This document shows, piece after piece, positions 43,068 through 52,707 of a stretch of 64,000 bases of DNA. The notes below the pieces were generated by a model that was not told the DNA's origin, searched no databases, and saw only the letters and a list, made by a program, of their open reading frames with translations. Position 1 is the stretch's first letter. The number at the start of each line of letters is the position of its first letter. Source of the stretch: a virus. The stretch lies in IMG/VR virus record IMGVR_UViG_3300045988_072631. One strand, 5' to 3'. The translations under genes and the position numbers were made by a program.

Positions 43068-43969
43068 GAGTTGCGCTGGTTGATGTAGACGGACATAATT
43101 TCCCGAGCTTACCGCTTATGAAACTGTCCGCATGGCACAAACAGGACGGCGATACAGTGGAATGGTATGATCCGCTAACTGCTTGGAAGGACCAGCCGGA
43201 TCTTGTGTATATGAGCAAGGTATTTACATTTACACCAGATTATCCGCATCCGGTATCTGGCAGAACAATAGTCAAAGGCGGAACGGGTTATCATTACCCG
43301 GACGGGGGCTTACCGTTACCATTTGGTGTAGAGCATATATATCCAGATTATAGTCTGTATCCAGATCTGTGCAGAGATACAGCATATGGATTCTTAACCA
43401 GAGGATGCCCGCGAGGGTGTGACTTCTGCATCGTCGAGAAGAAAGAAGGAAAATGCTCTACAAAAGTAGCTGATCTATCGGAATTCTGGAACGGTCAGAA
43501 AAATATTGTGCTACTTGACCCGAATATGTTTGCCTGCCGTGAATGGAAAGATTTAAGTCAGCAGCTTATTGATAGCGGCGCATGGGTGGATTTTTCACAA
43601 GGATGTGATATCCGCCTTATGACTGAAGAAAAAGCGGAATACATCCGGCGGATGAAAATTAAGCAGATACATTTTGCTTGGGACAGGTACGAAGACCGGG
43701 AGAAAATAATTACGAAGTTCAAAATGTTCCAGGAGCTTACAGGATGGGGACGCTGGAAAATGACTGTGTATGTTCTGTGCGGATTCAACACAACGATGGA
43801 ACAGGACTTGGAAAGGATCTATACTCTGCGGGATCTTGGATACAGTCCATACGTCATGATCTATGAAAAATACAAATTAAGACGCGGAGACGACTTACTG
43901 CGACTGCAAAGATGGGTAAATTCCAGAGTTACTTTTGCGGCAGTAAAGAGATTTGAAGATTACAAATAA
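43064..43969 (+). CDS. radical SAM protein
   Basis: CPRGCDFC (CX3CX2C) at about aa 115. N-terminal B12-binding-like region. Confidence 0.7.
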   Translation: MRVALVDVDGHNFPSLPLMKLSAWHKQDGDTVEWYDPLTAWKDQPDLVYMSKVFTFTPDYPHPVSGRTIVKGGTGYHYPDGGLPLPFGVEHIYPDYSLYPDLCRDTAYGFLTRGCPRGCDFCIVEKKEGKCSTKVADLSEFWNGQKNIVLLDPNMFACREWKDLSQQLIDSGAWVDFSQGCDIRLMTEEKAEYIRRMKIKQIHFAWDRYEDREKIITKFKMFQELTGWGRWKMTVYVLCGFNTTMEQDLERIYTLRDLGYSPYVMIYEKYKLRRGDDLLRLQRWVNSRVTFAAVKRFEDYK

Positions 43970-44025
43970 CAGAAAGGAGCCGAACCTCCGGCCGGGGTAA
44001 CGATATATCGGGTTCCTTTTGAAAA

Positions 44026-45015
44026 ATGATTCAGATTTTAGAATTGTTCGGCGGTATTGGATCTCCGCGATGCGCCTTGCGCAACCTCGGGATCCCTGTA
44101 AAAGCCATCGACTATGTGGAAATAGATGAAAAGGCAGTCAGAAGCTATAACGCAATGTTTGCCACTGACTTGCCATACAAAACGCAAAGTGTAGTCGGTT
44201 GGAATTTGAAGCCAGATATCCTGATACATGGCAGTCCGTGCCAAGATTTTAGTATTGCCGGTAAACAGAAGGGCGCAGACGAAGGATCAGAAACACGGTC
44301 AAGCCTTATGTGGGAGACAATACACATTTTATTGCAGATGGGTGCATGGAAACCAAGGTATGTCATCTGGGAGAACGTGAAGAACGTGCGGAGCAAGTAC
44401 ATGGTACACAATCACAACAGATATATGTCTGAAATGGAAAAAATGGGATACACCAGTAGCTATGAGCTTCTGGACGCAAGAGATTTCGGACTCCCTCAAG
44501 CAAGACAAAGATATTTCACGGTGTCTGCACTCGGGACGGAATATTTTGATTTTTCTGATCTGATACACACACCAATGCGTAATATAAAAAATTTCCTAGA
44601 AACAGATGTGCCAGACTACTACGTGGTAACACAGCCAAGCATGTTGCGGAGAATAGATGGGTTATCTGACTATGACGGGAGCTTCAAAGGGAGAGTGCCT
44701 GTAATCAGAGATTATGCAATGACAATAACCTGCAAACAGATGCGCAGTCCGAACAGTGGGGTTGTGGATATTGGGAATGGGAAATACAGGTATCTTACAG
44801 AACGGGAGTGTTGGAGAATCCAAGGCTATACCGATGAAGATTTTGAAAATGCAAAAAGAGTGCATCCAGGGAAAGAAAATTGTCTGAACGGTGCACTGTA
44901 TAAGCAGGCTGGAAACAGCATACCTGTCCCGATCTTTGAAAGCCTGTTCCGTAAGATAATTCTCGGAGAAACAGAGAAAATTGAAGATCAGACCGGTCAA
45001 CTCCGGTTCGCGTAA
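44026..45015 (+). CDS. DNA (cytosine-5)-methyltransferase
   Basis: FGGIGS, GSPCQDFS, ENV, QRR/RE motifs, GNSI near the C-terminus. Confidence 0.85.
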   Translation: MIQILELFGGIGSPRCALRNLGIPVKAIDYVEIDEKAVRSYNAMFATDLPYKTQSVVGWNLKPDILIHGSPCQDFSIAGKQKGADEGSETRSSLMWETIHILLQMGAWKPRYVIWENVKNVRSKYMVHNHNRYMSEMEKMGYTSSYELLDARDFGLPQARQRYFTVSALGTEYFDFSDLIHTPMRNIKNFLETDVPDYYVVTQPSMLRRIDGLSDYDGSFKGRVPVIRDYAMTITCKQMRSPNSGVVDIGNGKYRYLTERECWRIQGYTDEDFENAKRVHPGKENCLNGALYKQAGNSIPVPIFESLFRKIILGETEKIEDQTGQLRFA

Positions 45016-45044
45016 CTGCCGGAGCTGTGGAAAGGAGAAGGAGT

Positions 45045-45218
45045 ATGTACTGTAATGGAAACTGCGAATTTCTGGATAAAAAACGCAAGAAATGCAAAGC
45101 GGACGGAAAGATTATTGCAGTTATGAAAGTGAAAGGAAAGCCCCTTTCCTATGACTGCTATGAGCATAGAGTAGGCTGCGTGAAAGACATGGAGGGAGAA
45201 GATAATGGAGAAACTTAA
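45045..45218 (+). CDS. Cys-rich small protein (57 aa)
   Basis: ATG after AAAGGAGAAGGAG. Confidence 0.45.
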   Translation: MYCNGNCEFLDKKRKKCKADGKIIAVMKVKGKPLSYDCYEHRVGCVKDMEGEDNGET

Positions 45219-45384
45219 ACCGTGCCATTTCTGCGGAAAAACACCAAGAATCGAACATTGGTCAAGTGGAGGAATGATGTATATGGTAAAGTGTAACAAT
45301 CCTGATTGTCCTGTGCCGGTAGTGTCTTATCCGGCAGGACATAACCTGAGTGAGGTAATTTCCGAATGGAACAGGAGGCAGTGA
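45205..45384 (+). CDS. Lar-family restriction-alleviation-like protein (59 aa)
   Basis: KPCHFCGK...VKCNNPDCPV...EVISEWNRR. Below the track cutoff. Confidence 0.5.
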   Translation: MEKLKPCHFCGKTPRIEHWSSGGMMYMVKCNNPDCPVPVVSYPAGHNLSEVISEWNRRQ

Positions 45385-45650
45385 TGAGCGGTAAATATGT
45401 AAGAGCAGATGATGTAATGGAACTCATAAATACTTCTAATCGTGGAACCTGTGATTATTTTATCGTAGATCAGATTGAAGAATTATGCAGATCAGAAAAA
45501 ATATACGATCTGGACAAGGTTGTGGAGCAGTTAAAAGAGGAAAGAGAAAATGTTGGCTTTGTGAAAGCCACAACGGAAGCGAGTGCTTATATTCGGGGGA
45601 TCAATGATGCAATCAAGATTGTGAAAGGCGGTGGAGTAGATGGAAATTAA
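45384..45650 (+). CDS. hypothetical protein (88 aa)
   Basis: gtgATG overlap with the previous stop. Confidence 0.45.
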   Translation: MSGKYVRADDVMELINTSNRGTCDYFIVDQIEELCRSEKIYDLDKVVEQLKEERENVGFVKATTEASAYIRGINDAIKIVKGGGVDGN

Positions 45651-46302
45651 ACCGATTTTATTCAATACCGAGATGGTGAGAGCAATTCTGGATGGACGCA
45701 AGACCTGTACCAGAAGGATTGTTAAAGATGGCATTCCGGATGATGCGATGTGGGGATATAAAGCATTTACTCCTAAAGGATATATATCTTGTAGAGGGGT
45801 GTATGCCGATGGATACGGCGAAGGATTTTACAAATTGCCATATCAACCGGGCGATATCCTCTATGTCAGAGAAACATGGCAGTATCTATATGAATTGGAT
45901 GGAAATGAACAGGTCATTGAGGATACGGGAAAATATTATTATGCAGCAACAGATACAATCCCGTTCGATACATATGTTGATGAAAATGGAGTGAAACACG
46001 ATCATGCGCCGTGGCGACCATCCATCCACATGCCGAAAGAAGCGGCGAGGATATGGCTGAAGGTTACGAATGTACGGGTGGAGCGGTTGCAGGATATCAC
46101 TGCTGATGACATCCGCAGTGAGGGACTTTCTTCTATTGCAGTTCATGCTGGAAATATGGAGATTGCATTGAAAGAATGGAAAAAACTTTGGAACAGCACC
46201 ATCAAGAAATCTGATCTTGACCGCTACGGCTGGGATGCGAACCCGTGGGTCTGGGTGATTGAGTTTGAGCGGTGTGAGAAACCGCAGGAGGCAGAAGAAT
46301 GA
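45640..46302 (+). CDS. ASCH/PUA-like domain protein
   Basis: KPILFNTEMVRAILDGRKTCTRR N-terminus. Confidence 0.5.
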   Translation: MEIKPILFNTEMVRAILDGRKTCTRRIVKDGIPDDAMWGYKAFTPKGYISCRGVYADGYGEGFYKLPYQPGDILYVRETWQYLYELDGNEQVIEDTGKYYYAATDTIPFDTYVDENGVKHDHAPWRPSIHMPKEAARIWLKVTNVRVERLQDITADDIRSEGLSSIAVHAGNMEIALKEWKKLWNSTIKKSDLDRYGWDANPWVWVIEFERCEKPQEAEE

Positions 46303-46550
46303 AATACACAATTGAGACAACAGAAGACGGATGGGTTGAAACGTTGGAGATAAGCGGTCAGACCTATGCGAAAAACTGGAAGAGACGTAGCAATGGTTAC
46401 TATCGGTGCGAAGAGGGAGATTTTACTGATCGAATGATTACCGATGGCTATGCCCCGGATTATCTGGAAGAGGAGCTGTATAGCGTTTTAGACGACAATC
46501 CAAACGGATTGGATATGCATAATTTAGTGCGTGATTATTTGGAGGAATGA
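46299..46550 (+). CDS. hypothetical protein (83 aa)
   Basis: ORF track. Confidence 0.45.
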   Translation: MKYTIETTEDGWVETLEISGQTYAKNWKRRSNGYYRCEEGDFTDRMITDGYAPDYLEEELYSVLDDNPNGLDMHNLVRDYLEE

Positions 46551-47011
46551 CTATGAGAGAGATTCTTTTCCGTGGGAAGCGGATTGATAACGGCGAGTGG
46601 GTAGAAGGTTATTATGTAAAAGCACTGGATATGTATGATAAGGAAATACATACAATTTTTGATACAGCGACAACTTTTTACTCATGTGGAGAAACATCCG
46701 GGTTTGAATTAGTAGATCCAGAAACTATCGGTCAATATACAGGATTTACCGATAAGAACGGTAAGAAAATATGGGAGAATGATATTATTTCATACCAAAG
46801 AGACAATGATGATTGCCCGTTTCCGAATAAGGATACGAAGAAAAGACTTGGGAAAGTATTCTATCAAGGTTTTAGATCGACTTTTGCTATTTGCATGGGA
46901 AGAAATGGAAGTAGATCTATAAATGATGATTTGTGGAAATACGTTCGGAATGGAAATCGAGTTGAGGTTATCGGAAACGTATTTGATAACCCGGAATTGT
47001 TGGAGGTGTAG
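46547..47011 (+). CDS. YopX-family protein
   Basis: REILFRGKRIDNGEWVEGYY...IGNVFDNPELLE. Confidence 0.7.
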   Translation: MTMREILFRGKRIDNGEWVEGYYVKALDMYDKEIHTIFDTATTFYSCGETSGFELVDPETIGQYTGFTDKNGKKIWENDIISYQRDNDDCPFPNKDTKKRLGKVFYQGFRSTFAICMGRNGSRSINDDLWKYVRNGNRVEVIGNVFDNPELLEV

Positions 47012-47012
47012 G

Positions 47013-47414
47013 ATGAAAAGATTAACACAAACAAGCGACAAAGGAGGAGTTGCTTTTACTTTTGATTTGACCATATCCTGTGAGCCGAATGAAGCTAAGA
47101 AGATTTTGAAAGTAGCTGAGAAATTAAAACAATACGAAGATCTGGAAGAGCAGGGAAGGCTGCTGCGGTTGCCGTGCAAGGTGGGAGATACAGTTTATGT
47201 AATACATTATATAGATAGACGCTATGTAATTTGCTCACACGTTATAAGCAAGTTTGTTATAATGCCATATCGTTTTCCAAGAGTACAGATTTATTTTGAA
47301 AAAGAGAACGGGTTTATAACAAGTGATTTCGAAGGACAAGTAAATGAGAATTTATTTTTAACCAGAGAGGAAGCCGAAGCCAAGCTGGCAGAAATGGAGG
47401 AAAGCCATGACTGA
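47013..47414 (+). CDS. hypothetical protein (133 aa)
   Basis: ATG after GGAGGTG. Confidence 0.5.
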   Translation: MKRLTQTSDKGGVAFTFDLTISCEPNEAKKILKVAEKLKQYEDLEEQGRLLRLPCKVGDTVYVIHYIDRRYVICSHVISKFVIMPYRFPRVQIYFEKENGFITSDFEGQVNENLFLTREEAEAKLAEMEESHD

Positions 47415-47739
47415 GAGTGAAGCAATTAAAGCATGTAATACAATTGTTTACGCAGCATTATCAGGCATCCAAAGAGCGCCGCTTAACATGACCAAAAACG
47501 AACTTACAGAAGCAATAAAGATGGCGATCAAAGCGTTGGAAGGGGTAAGAGTACTTCAGGATCGCATTGTAGATGTATCCCTTCTGTTGGGCGAATATAT
47601 GGCAATCGGTACGCCGGAAGAATGCTTGCGGAATAAAGATTTCTTGGATTTCCTTTCGGACAAGATGGATCCTGACGATTTTGAGATGTATTTACACATT
47701 TATAATTCACTGGATGAGAAAGGAGACAGCCGTGACTGA
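47407..47739 (+). CDS. hypothetical protein (110 aa)
   Basis: ORF track. Shares the IGTxEEC motif with the next ORF. Confidence 0.5.
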   Translation: MTESEAIKACNTIVYAALSGIQRAPLNMTKNELTEAIKMAIKALEGVRVLQDRIVDVSLLLGEYMAIGTPEECLRNKDFLDFLSDKMDPDDFEMYLHIYNSLDEKGDSRD

Positions 47740-48160
47740 GAATGAAGCACTCGAAAGCGCATTGAAAAAAATAATCGCACAGGAAAAGTCTAATTGGGGA
47801 TATATAGAAAACTTTGACGTTGATGAGAATTGGGCGGTAAGAACAGCTATTGAACATGTGAAGCAGTACAGGAAGATCGGAACAGTAGAAGAACTGAAAG
47901 CAACATCCAAATATCTGCAACTGGCCAAGAAACATGGAACTGTAGGAAAAGCTATTGAGGCATGTGCAGAATATGAAGGAATCGGAACGGTGGAAGAATG
48001 CCGGGAAGCTATGGAGAAACAGAGAAGGAAGCTTGTGAAAAATCAATATGGAACAAACTATGTTTTGAAAGCTGGTTATTGCCCTATATGTGGCTGCGGA
48101 GTTACAGCAAGGTGGGATTATTGCCAGTGCTGCGGGCAGAAGTTGAACTGGCAGGTATAA
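47732..48160 (+). CDS. hypothetical protein with C-terminal zinc ribbon
   Basis: GTG after AAAGGAG. CPICGC...CQCCG. Confidence 0.45.
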   Translation: MTENEALESALKKIIAQEKSNWGYIENFDVDENWAVRTAIEHVKQYRKIGTVEELKATSKYLQLAKKHGTVGKAIEACAEYEGIGTVEECREAMEKQRRKLVKNQYGTNYVLKAGYCPICGCGVTARWDYCQCCGQKLNWQV

Positions 48161-48162
48161 CT

Positions 48163-48297
48163 ATGGACGATGATTATGACTATTGCTATGAATGCACCGG
48201 ATACGGTGATAACTACTACGAAAATGAGGACGGAGAGATGATTTGCAGGTGTTTTGAATGCCCCTTTTTTAATAGCGGAGGTGATTTTTATGAATGA
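48163..48297 (+). CDS. Cys-rich small protein (44 aa)
   Basis: CYEC...CRCFEC. Confidence 0.35.
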   Translation: MDDDYDYCYECTGYGDNYYENEDGEMICRCFECPFFNSGGDFYE

Positions 48298-48475
48298 TGA
48301 GACAAAGGAAGAAATCAAAGTGGTTCTTGAACTGTTAAGACATACGATTATAGAGAATGGTGTGAGCATGGGAAACAGTGGGAAAAAACTGTTATTTTTT
48401 AGCACAGATCACTATGTGGCTACTGGAAAATTTGATGGATTCAGTGTGGAAATGGAGAGTTTGGTGAAGTGGTGA
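48290..48475 (+). CDS. hypothetical protein (61 aa)
   Basis: Internal ATG after GGAGGTG. Confidence 0.45.
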   Translation: MNDETKEEIKVVLELLRHTIIENGVSMGNSGKKLLFFSTDHYVATGKFDGFSVEMESLVKW

Positions 48476-48687
48476 AGATAATCTTTTTAGTTATGATTGC
48501 AATATTCTGGTTAAGTATTTCGATTGCCGCCTCCATTATGATAGGGAAAGAGCAAATGCTTTGGTATAGAAAAACAAAGGAAATATCAGAATTGGTTCTC
48601 ATGACATGCATGCTGTTGGGGTATAATATATGCTTTTTTCTTATTTTTTTAGTATGTATTTCATCTGGACTTGCCATATTTGAATGA
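48469..48687 (+). CDS. small membrane protein (2 TM helices)
   Basis: GTG start; two hydrophobic helices. Confidence 0.45.
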   Translation: MVKIIFLVMIAIFWLSISIAASIMIGKEQMLWYRKTKEISELVLMTCMLLGYNICFFLIFLVCISSGLAIFE

Positions 48688-48702
48688 TGGAGAAAACAAA
48701 AA

Positions 48703-49098
48703 ATGTCACGAAATAAAGAGGAACGAGCAAGAATGGAGGGTATGGCACAGGCCCTTAGAATTGCCAAGGCAAAAGGTGTTGAAGGACTTGAGGAAGAATT
48801 GCGAATGCGGAATATTGTTGATCTTCCGTGTGCCGTCAGCAAGGCTACCATGAATGAATGCATTATGCGGATAAAGAACAACACAGTTGATACAGTCACT
48901 ATTTTATCGGCATATATTCTTCACGAAAAATTTGGTTTTGGGAGAACAAGACTAGACAGATTTATTCATGAATTTAATTTTCAAGCAGAATGCCTTATGG
49001 ATGATTACTGTACATGGGACGACCAAATCGAAGTTCTCCGGAAAGAATGCGGACTTAATCTTGAAATTAGAAAAAATGATAAGGATGTGAGAATTTAA
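48703..49098 (+). CDS. hypothetical protein (131 aa)
   Basis: ORF track. Confidence 0.5.
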   Translation: MSRNKEERARMEGMAQALRIAKAKGVEGLEEELRMRNIVDLPCAVSKATMNECIMRIKNNTVDTVTILSAYILHEKFGFGRTRLDRFIHEFNFQAECLMDDYCTWDDQIEVLRKECGLNLEIRKNDKDVRI

Positions 49099-49099
49099 G

Positions 49100-49690
49100 A
49101 TGGACTACAATAAATTCAAGCAGGCAAAAGCTATTGAAGCAAAGAATAAGAAGCGATTGCTGGAAGTGAATCCGTATTTGGACGAAGGAAGCGGAATCTA
49201 CTTTCTTACAAGAATGGATGAAAACGGATTCAAATATGCGTATGTTGGACAGGCGGTACATCTTTTGACCAGACTGGCTCAACATATGGTAGGTTACCAG
49301 CATATAGATCTTTCAATCAAAAAGCATGGTTTGTACTCTAAGCAAAACCAAAATGGATGGAAAATTGATTTTAATTCATATCCAGAAGTTGTGCTTAATG
49401 AAATGGAACAGCTTTTTATAAAAGAATATGCAGATCGAGGTTATCAGCTACGCAACAAGACTTCCGGTTCACAGGGAGAGGGCAAGACGCAGATAGATGA
49501 TTACAGACCGCAGAAAGGCTACAGAGACGGGATTCAGCAGGGCAGAAAGAATATGGCTAGGGAATTATCATCTATCGCAGAAAAGCACCTTAAAATCGAA
49601 ATTAGAGAGGATAAAAAGCATAATAAGGTATCGCAGAAGCAGTATGAGAAATTTATGGATTTATTGAAAGCGGGTGAAGTAGATGGCTAA
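49100..49690 (+). CDS. GIY-YIG nuclease-like protein
   Basis: GIYFLTR...YVGQA...R...H and downstream E (NEMEQLFIKEY). Confidence 0.55.
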   Translation: MDYNKFKQAKAIEAKNKKRLLEVNPYLDEGSGIYFLTRMDENGFKYAYVGQAVHLLTRLAQHMVGYQHIDLSIKKHGLYSKQNQNGWKIDFNSYPEVVLNEMEQLFIKEYADRGYQLRNKTSGSQGEGKTQIDDYRPQKGYRDGIQQGRKNMARELSSIAEKHLKIEIREDKKHNKVSQKQYEKFMDLLKAGEVDG

Positions 49691-49988
49691 AGCAGTATTG
49701 GTTATGGATATGCCGGAAACTTGTTGTGATTGCAGATTTTGCAGAGAACTACATGAGGGAGTAGAGGCGTGTTGCGAGCTTGAAGATGAGCCGAACGATA
49801 ACACACAGTGTCGGATGATTGATGATTATTGTTACTATAAACCGGACTGGTGTCCCCTTCGGGAGTTGCCGGAGCGAAAAGAGGAGCTTCCAGTTGAAAA
49901 ATACGAGTTTGGCGGAATAGGAAAGGCATTTGTATCCGGCTGGAATGCATGCCTGGATGAGATTTTGAAAGAGGGTAGGAGTGAATGA
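49683..49988 (+). CDS. Cys-rich hypothetical protein
   Basis: ORF track. CCDCRFC...CC...C. Confidence 0.45.
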   Translation: MAKAVLVMDMPETCCDCRFCRELHEGVEACCELEDEPNDNTQCRMIDDYCYYKPDWCPLRELPERKEELPVEKYEFGGIGKAFVSGWNACLDEILKEGRSE

Positions 49989-50338
49989 GCAAAATTAAAG
50001 GCTATACAGCGGAAGAAATCGCACGAGATGCAAAGGAAAAACTTATTAGCGATTATGAATATTGCAAGTGTGATTTAGCTGAAATCAGACGGCATGAAAA
50101 AGAAATTGCAGATATAAGACTTGATTACAATTCAAAGATAGTAAAGTACAGGATGGAAAGTGTAAACAGAGTTCTTGACTTCATAACAAGCGAATATAGG
50201 GCAGGTAGAATTTGCAACCTTGGAACGCTATTGTGTCACTGTCAAAACAAGTTGAACGGAAATATTGACGGAATAGAATTAGACCTTGATGAGCATTTAA
50301 GAGGAGTTTACTTTAAGAAAGCTGGTGATTCAGAGTGA
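49985..50338 (+). CDS. hypothetical protein (117 aa)
   Basis: ORF track. Confidence 0.5.
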   Translation: MSKIKGYTAEEIARDAKEKLISDYEYCKCDLAEIRRHEKEIADIRLDYNSKIVKYRMESVNRVLDFITSEYRAGRICNLGTLLCHCQNKLNGNIDGIELDLDEHLRGVYFKKAGDSE

Positions 50339-50550
50339 TAACTGAACGAGATGAATGCTGCGGTTGTGCAACGGAATCGTATCCTTGCCTTGGAGATAGT
50401 TGTCATAGAAGACATACGGCGGTGCTGATCTGCGACGAGTGTGGGGATGAAGTAGAAAAATTATACAAAGTGGACGGAATGCAGTTATGTAGCAGATGCG
50501 CTTTGAATGAACTGGAGGAAGTTGATTATGAAAGAGAAAGAGGCTATTGA
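50335..50550 (+). CDS. zinc-finger small protein
   Basis: GTG start. CCGC...C...C...CDECG...CSRC. Confidence 0.45.
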   Translation: MITERDECCGCATESYPCLGDSCHRRHTAVLICDECGDEVEKLYKVDGMQLCSRCALNELEEVDYERERGY

Positions 50551-50989
50551 ATATCTGAAAACAAAATATTTGCACCCAGATAGTCCGGCTAATCCGTCAA
50601 AAGAGCTATGCATTATGCATAATGAGGCTCTTGATTTGGCAATTGCCGCCTTGAAAGAAGAGGACAAGCGGAAGAAAAAGAGTGTTACGTTAGAGCAGAT
50701 CAAGGAAATTGTTGACTATTTGAATCAAGTATGCGGAACGAGATACAAATACAATAACAAGCAGACACAATCTTACATAAATGCCAGATTTTCCGAAGGA
50801 TATACGATGGAAGATTTCAAGAACGTGATCGACAAAAAGGCAAAGGAATGGAAAGGTACGCAGTTTGAGCAGTTTTTGAAGCCCGGAACGCTGTTTTGTA
50901 CCAAATTTGAGGGATACGTCAATCAGAAAGAGAAAGTCTTCAGACCAAAAGGACAGCAGGACATTCTAGGAGAGTGGAGGGATAGCTGA
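50528..50989 (+). CDS. replisome-organizer-like protein (conserved phage C-terminal domain)
   Basis: IVDYLNQVCGTRYKYNNKQTQSYINARFSEGYTMEDFKNVID...FLKPGTLF. Confidence 0.55.
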   Translation: MKEKEAIEYLKTKYLHPDSPANPSKELCIMHNEALDLAIAALKEEDKRKKKSVTLEQIKEIVDYLNQVCGTRYKYNNKQTQSYINARFSEGYTMEDFKNVIDKKAKEWKGTQFEQFLKPGTLFCTKFEGYVNQKEKVFRPKGQQDILGEWRDS

Positions 50990-51540
50990 TGACAAGAGAA
51001 GAGACACAAAATCTTCTGGCAATGATGCAGGCAGCATATCAAAATTATAATCCACCTAGCAAAACAGCTGCGGTAAATGTCTGGCATATGATGTTGCAGG
51101 ACTTTGACTGGAAGCTTGTGCAGGCGGCATTTGTGGCATTTGTCAGAGAGAATGCCAGCGGATTTCCTCCATCTCCCGGCCAGATCATCGAAAAAATCCA
51201 ACTGCTCACTAAACCGGAAGATTTAAACGAAATGGAAGCATGGGCGTTAGTGAGTAAGGCTATCAGGAGGAGTGCTTATAATAGTCGGGAAGAGTATGAG
51301 AAGCTGCCAGAATCTGTGCAGAAAGCCGTCGGTTCGTCAAATCAGTTATACGCTTGGGCAATGGACACAGAATACAATGAAAGTGTAGTGAGCAGCCATT
51401 TTGTCAGATGCTATCGAACAATTATTGAACGGGAAAATACGATTGCGAAGATGCCGGAGAATATCAGAAAACTTATAGGACGGGTAAACCAGAAATTGGA
51501 TGGAATAGAAAGCAATGCATATAGTATAGAAGAAAAATAA
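50989..51540 (+). CDS. helicase-loader-like protein (G39P-like N-terminus)
   Basis: TREETQNLLAMMQAAYQNY...VNVWHMMLQDF...PPSPGQI. Confidence 0.5.
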   Translation: MTREETQNLLAMMQAAYQNYNPPSKTAAVNVWHMMLQDFDWKLVQAAFVAFVRENASGFPPSPGQIIEKIQLLTKPEDLNEMEAWALVSKAIRRSAYNSREEYEKLPESVQKAVGSSNQLYAWAMDTEYNESVVSSHFVRCYRTIIERENTIAKMPENIRKLIGRVNQKLDGIESNAYSIEEK

Positions 51541-51594
51541 ATATCGGAAGGAGTGAAGAGATTTGTCCGGACAATAAAGCTAGCTTTACTCTGA

Positions 51595-52221
51595 ATGATT
51601 ATGCAAGAAAATTTGATTTATGTTAAAAGATTACGGGAAAAAAGACGCATGAATGGTTTGTGCCAGAGATGCGGAAAACCATTAGACAGGGAAGGTGCAT
51701 TGTGCAAAATATGTTTAAAAGATCAGAACCAATATAAAAAAGAGACAAGAGATTGGTTACTTGATCACAAAATTTGTCCTAGATGTGGAAAAAATGATAT
51801 TTTCGGAGATGAAAAATCTTGTCCTGAATGCAGGGCAAAAGAAAATAGATATGTAATGAAAAGCCGGGAGGGTGATGGAAGATTAGAATACAACAAAAAG
51901 CACAAGGAATGGGTGAAAAAGGAACATCACAGACGTATAGAAGTTGGAATTTGCACTAGATGTGGTAAAAGAAAAGCAGATTATGGATTTAAAACTTGCG
52001 GTATATGCAGAGAAAAAATACGAAACCAGAAAAAAAGACTAACGTTTAGCAATAAACGTGATAACCGTGTAAAAAATGGACTGTGTTTCTTTTGCGATAG
52101 CCCTGTAAAAGAAGGGTATAAAGTCTGTGAAAAGCATTACGAAATGAATGTACAGAAGGCAAGGTCTAAAAAAGCGAAAGAAGCCAGAAATAAACTGGAA
52201 AAATCAGGAATATTATATTGA
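51595..52221 (+). CDS. protein with four tandem zinc-ribbon modules
   Basis: Repeated CxRCGK...CxxC units followed by basic linkers. Confidence 0.5.
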   Translation: MIMQENLIYVKRLREKRRMNGLCQRCGKPLDREGALCKICLKDQNQYKKETRDWLLDHKICPRCGKNDIFGDEKSCPECRAKENRYVMKSREGDGRLEYNKKHKEWVKKEHHRRIEVGICTRCGKRKADYGFKTCGICREKIRNQKKRLTFSNKRDNRVKNGLCFFCDSPVKEGYKVCEKHYEMNVQKARSKKAKEARNKLEKSGILY

Positions 52222-52233
52222 GAGGTGTGGCTT

Positions 52234-52635
52234 ATGAGGTCGAATTTTAACAGACTAAGTAAGCCGGAAGTTGATCTTATAATTAAAAAAACAAATTTTA
52301 CAGAAGAGGAAGAAATGATTTTCCATATGCTCTGTCGCGGAAAGAGCCTGGATCAAATATGTTTAGAAACATTTCTTCCAAAATCTACACTATGCCGTAG
52401 GATTCATTCAATCAAAGAAAAGGTAGGAGATGATAAGGTGAAAAAGCAGGTTCCAATTTGGGAAAAAGTGACACTTACATTAGAAGAGGCTGCGGAATAC
52501 AGCAACATAGGAATTAACAAAATAAGAGAGCTTTCAAATAATCCTCGATGCAATTTTGTGATTTTTGTCGGAAAAAAGCGGTTAATTAAAAGAAAAGAAT
52601 TTGAGAAATACATTTCTGAGAATGTGGAATTGTAG
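52234..52635 (+). CDS. xis: excisionase-like HTH protein
   Basis: C-terminus VTLTLEEAAEYSNIGINKIRELS...KRLIKRKEFEKYI (MerR/Xis-type HTH). Immediately upstream of int. Confidence 0.55.
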   Translation: MRSNFNRLSKPEVDLIIKKTNFTEEEEMIFHMLCRGKSLDQICLETFLPKSTLCRRIHSIKEKVGDDKVKKQVPIWEKVTLTLEEAAEYSNIGINKIRELSNNPRCNFVIFVGKKRLIKRKEFEKYISENVEL

Positions 52636-52642
52636 ACTTTTG

Positions 52643-52684
52643 AAGCCTTATGTGATAATATTTAATATTGCATAAGGCTTTTCT
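52643..52684 (+). terminator. intrinsic terminator / hairpin
   Basis: AAGCCTTATG...CATAAGGCTT 10-bp stem followed by TTTTCTC. Confidence 0.5.
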
Positions 52685-52707
52685 CATAAAGAAAGGAGAG
52701 GCGAAAC

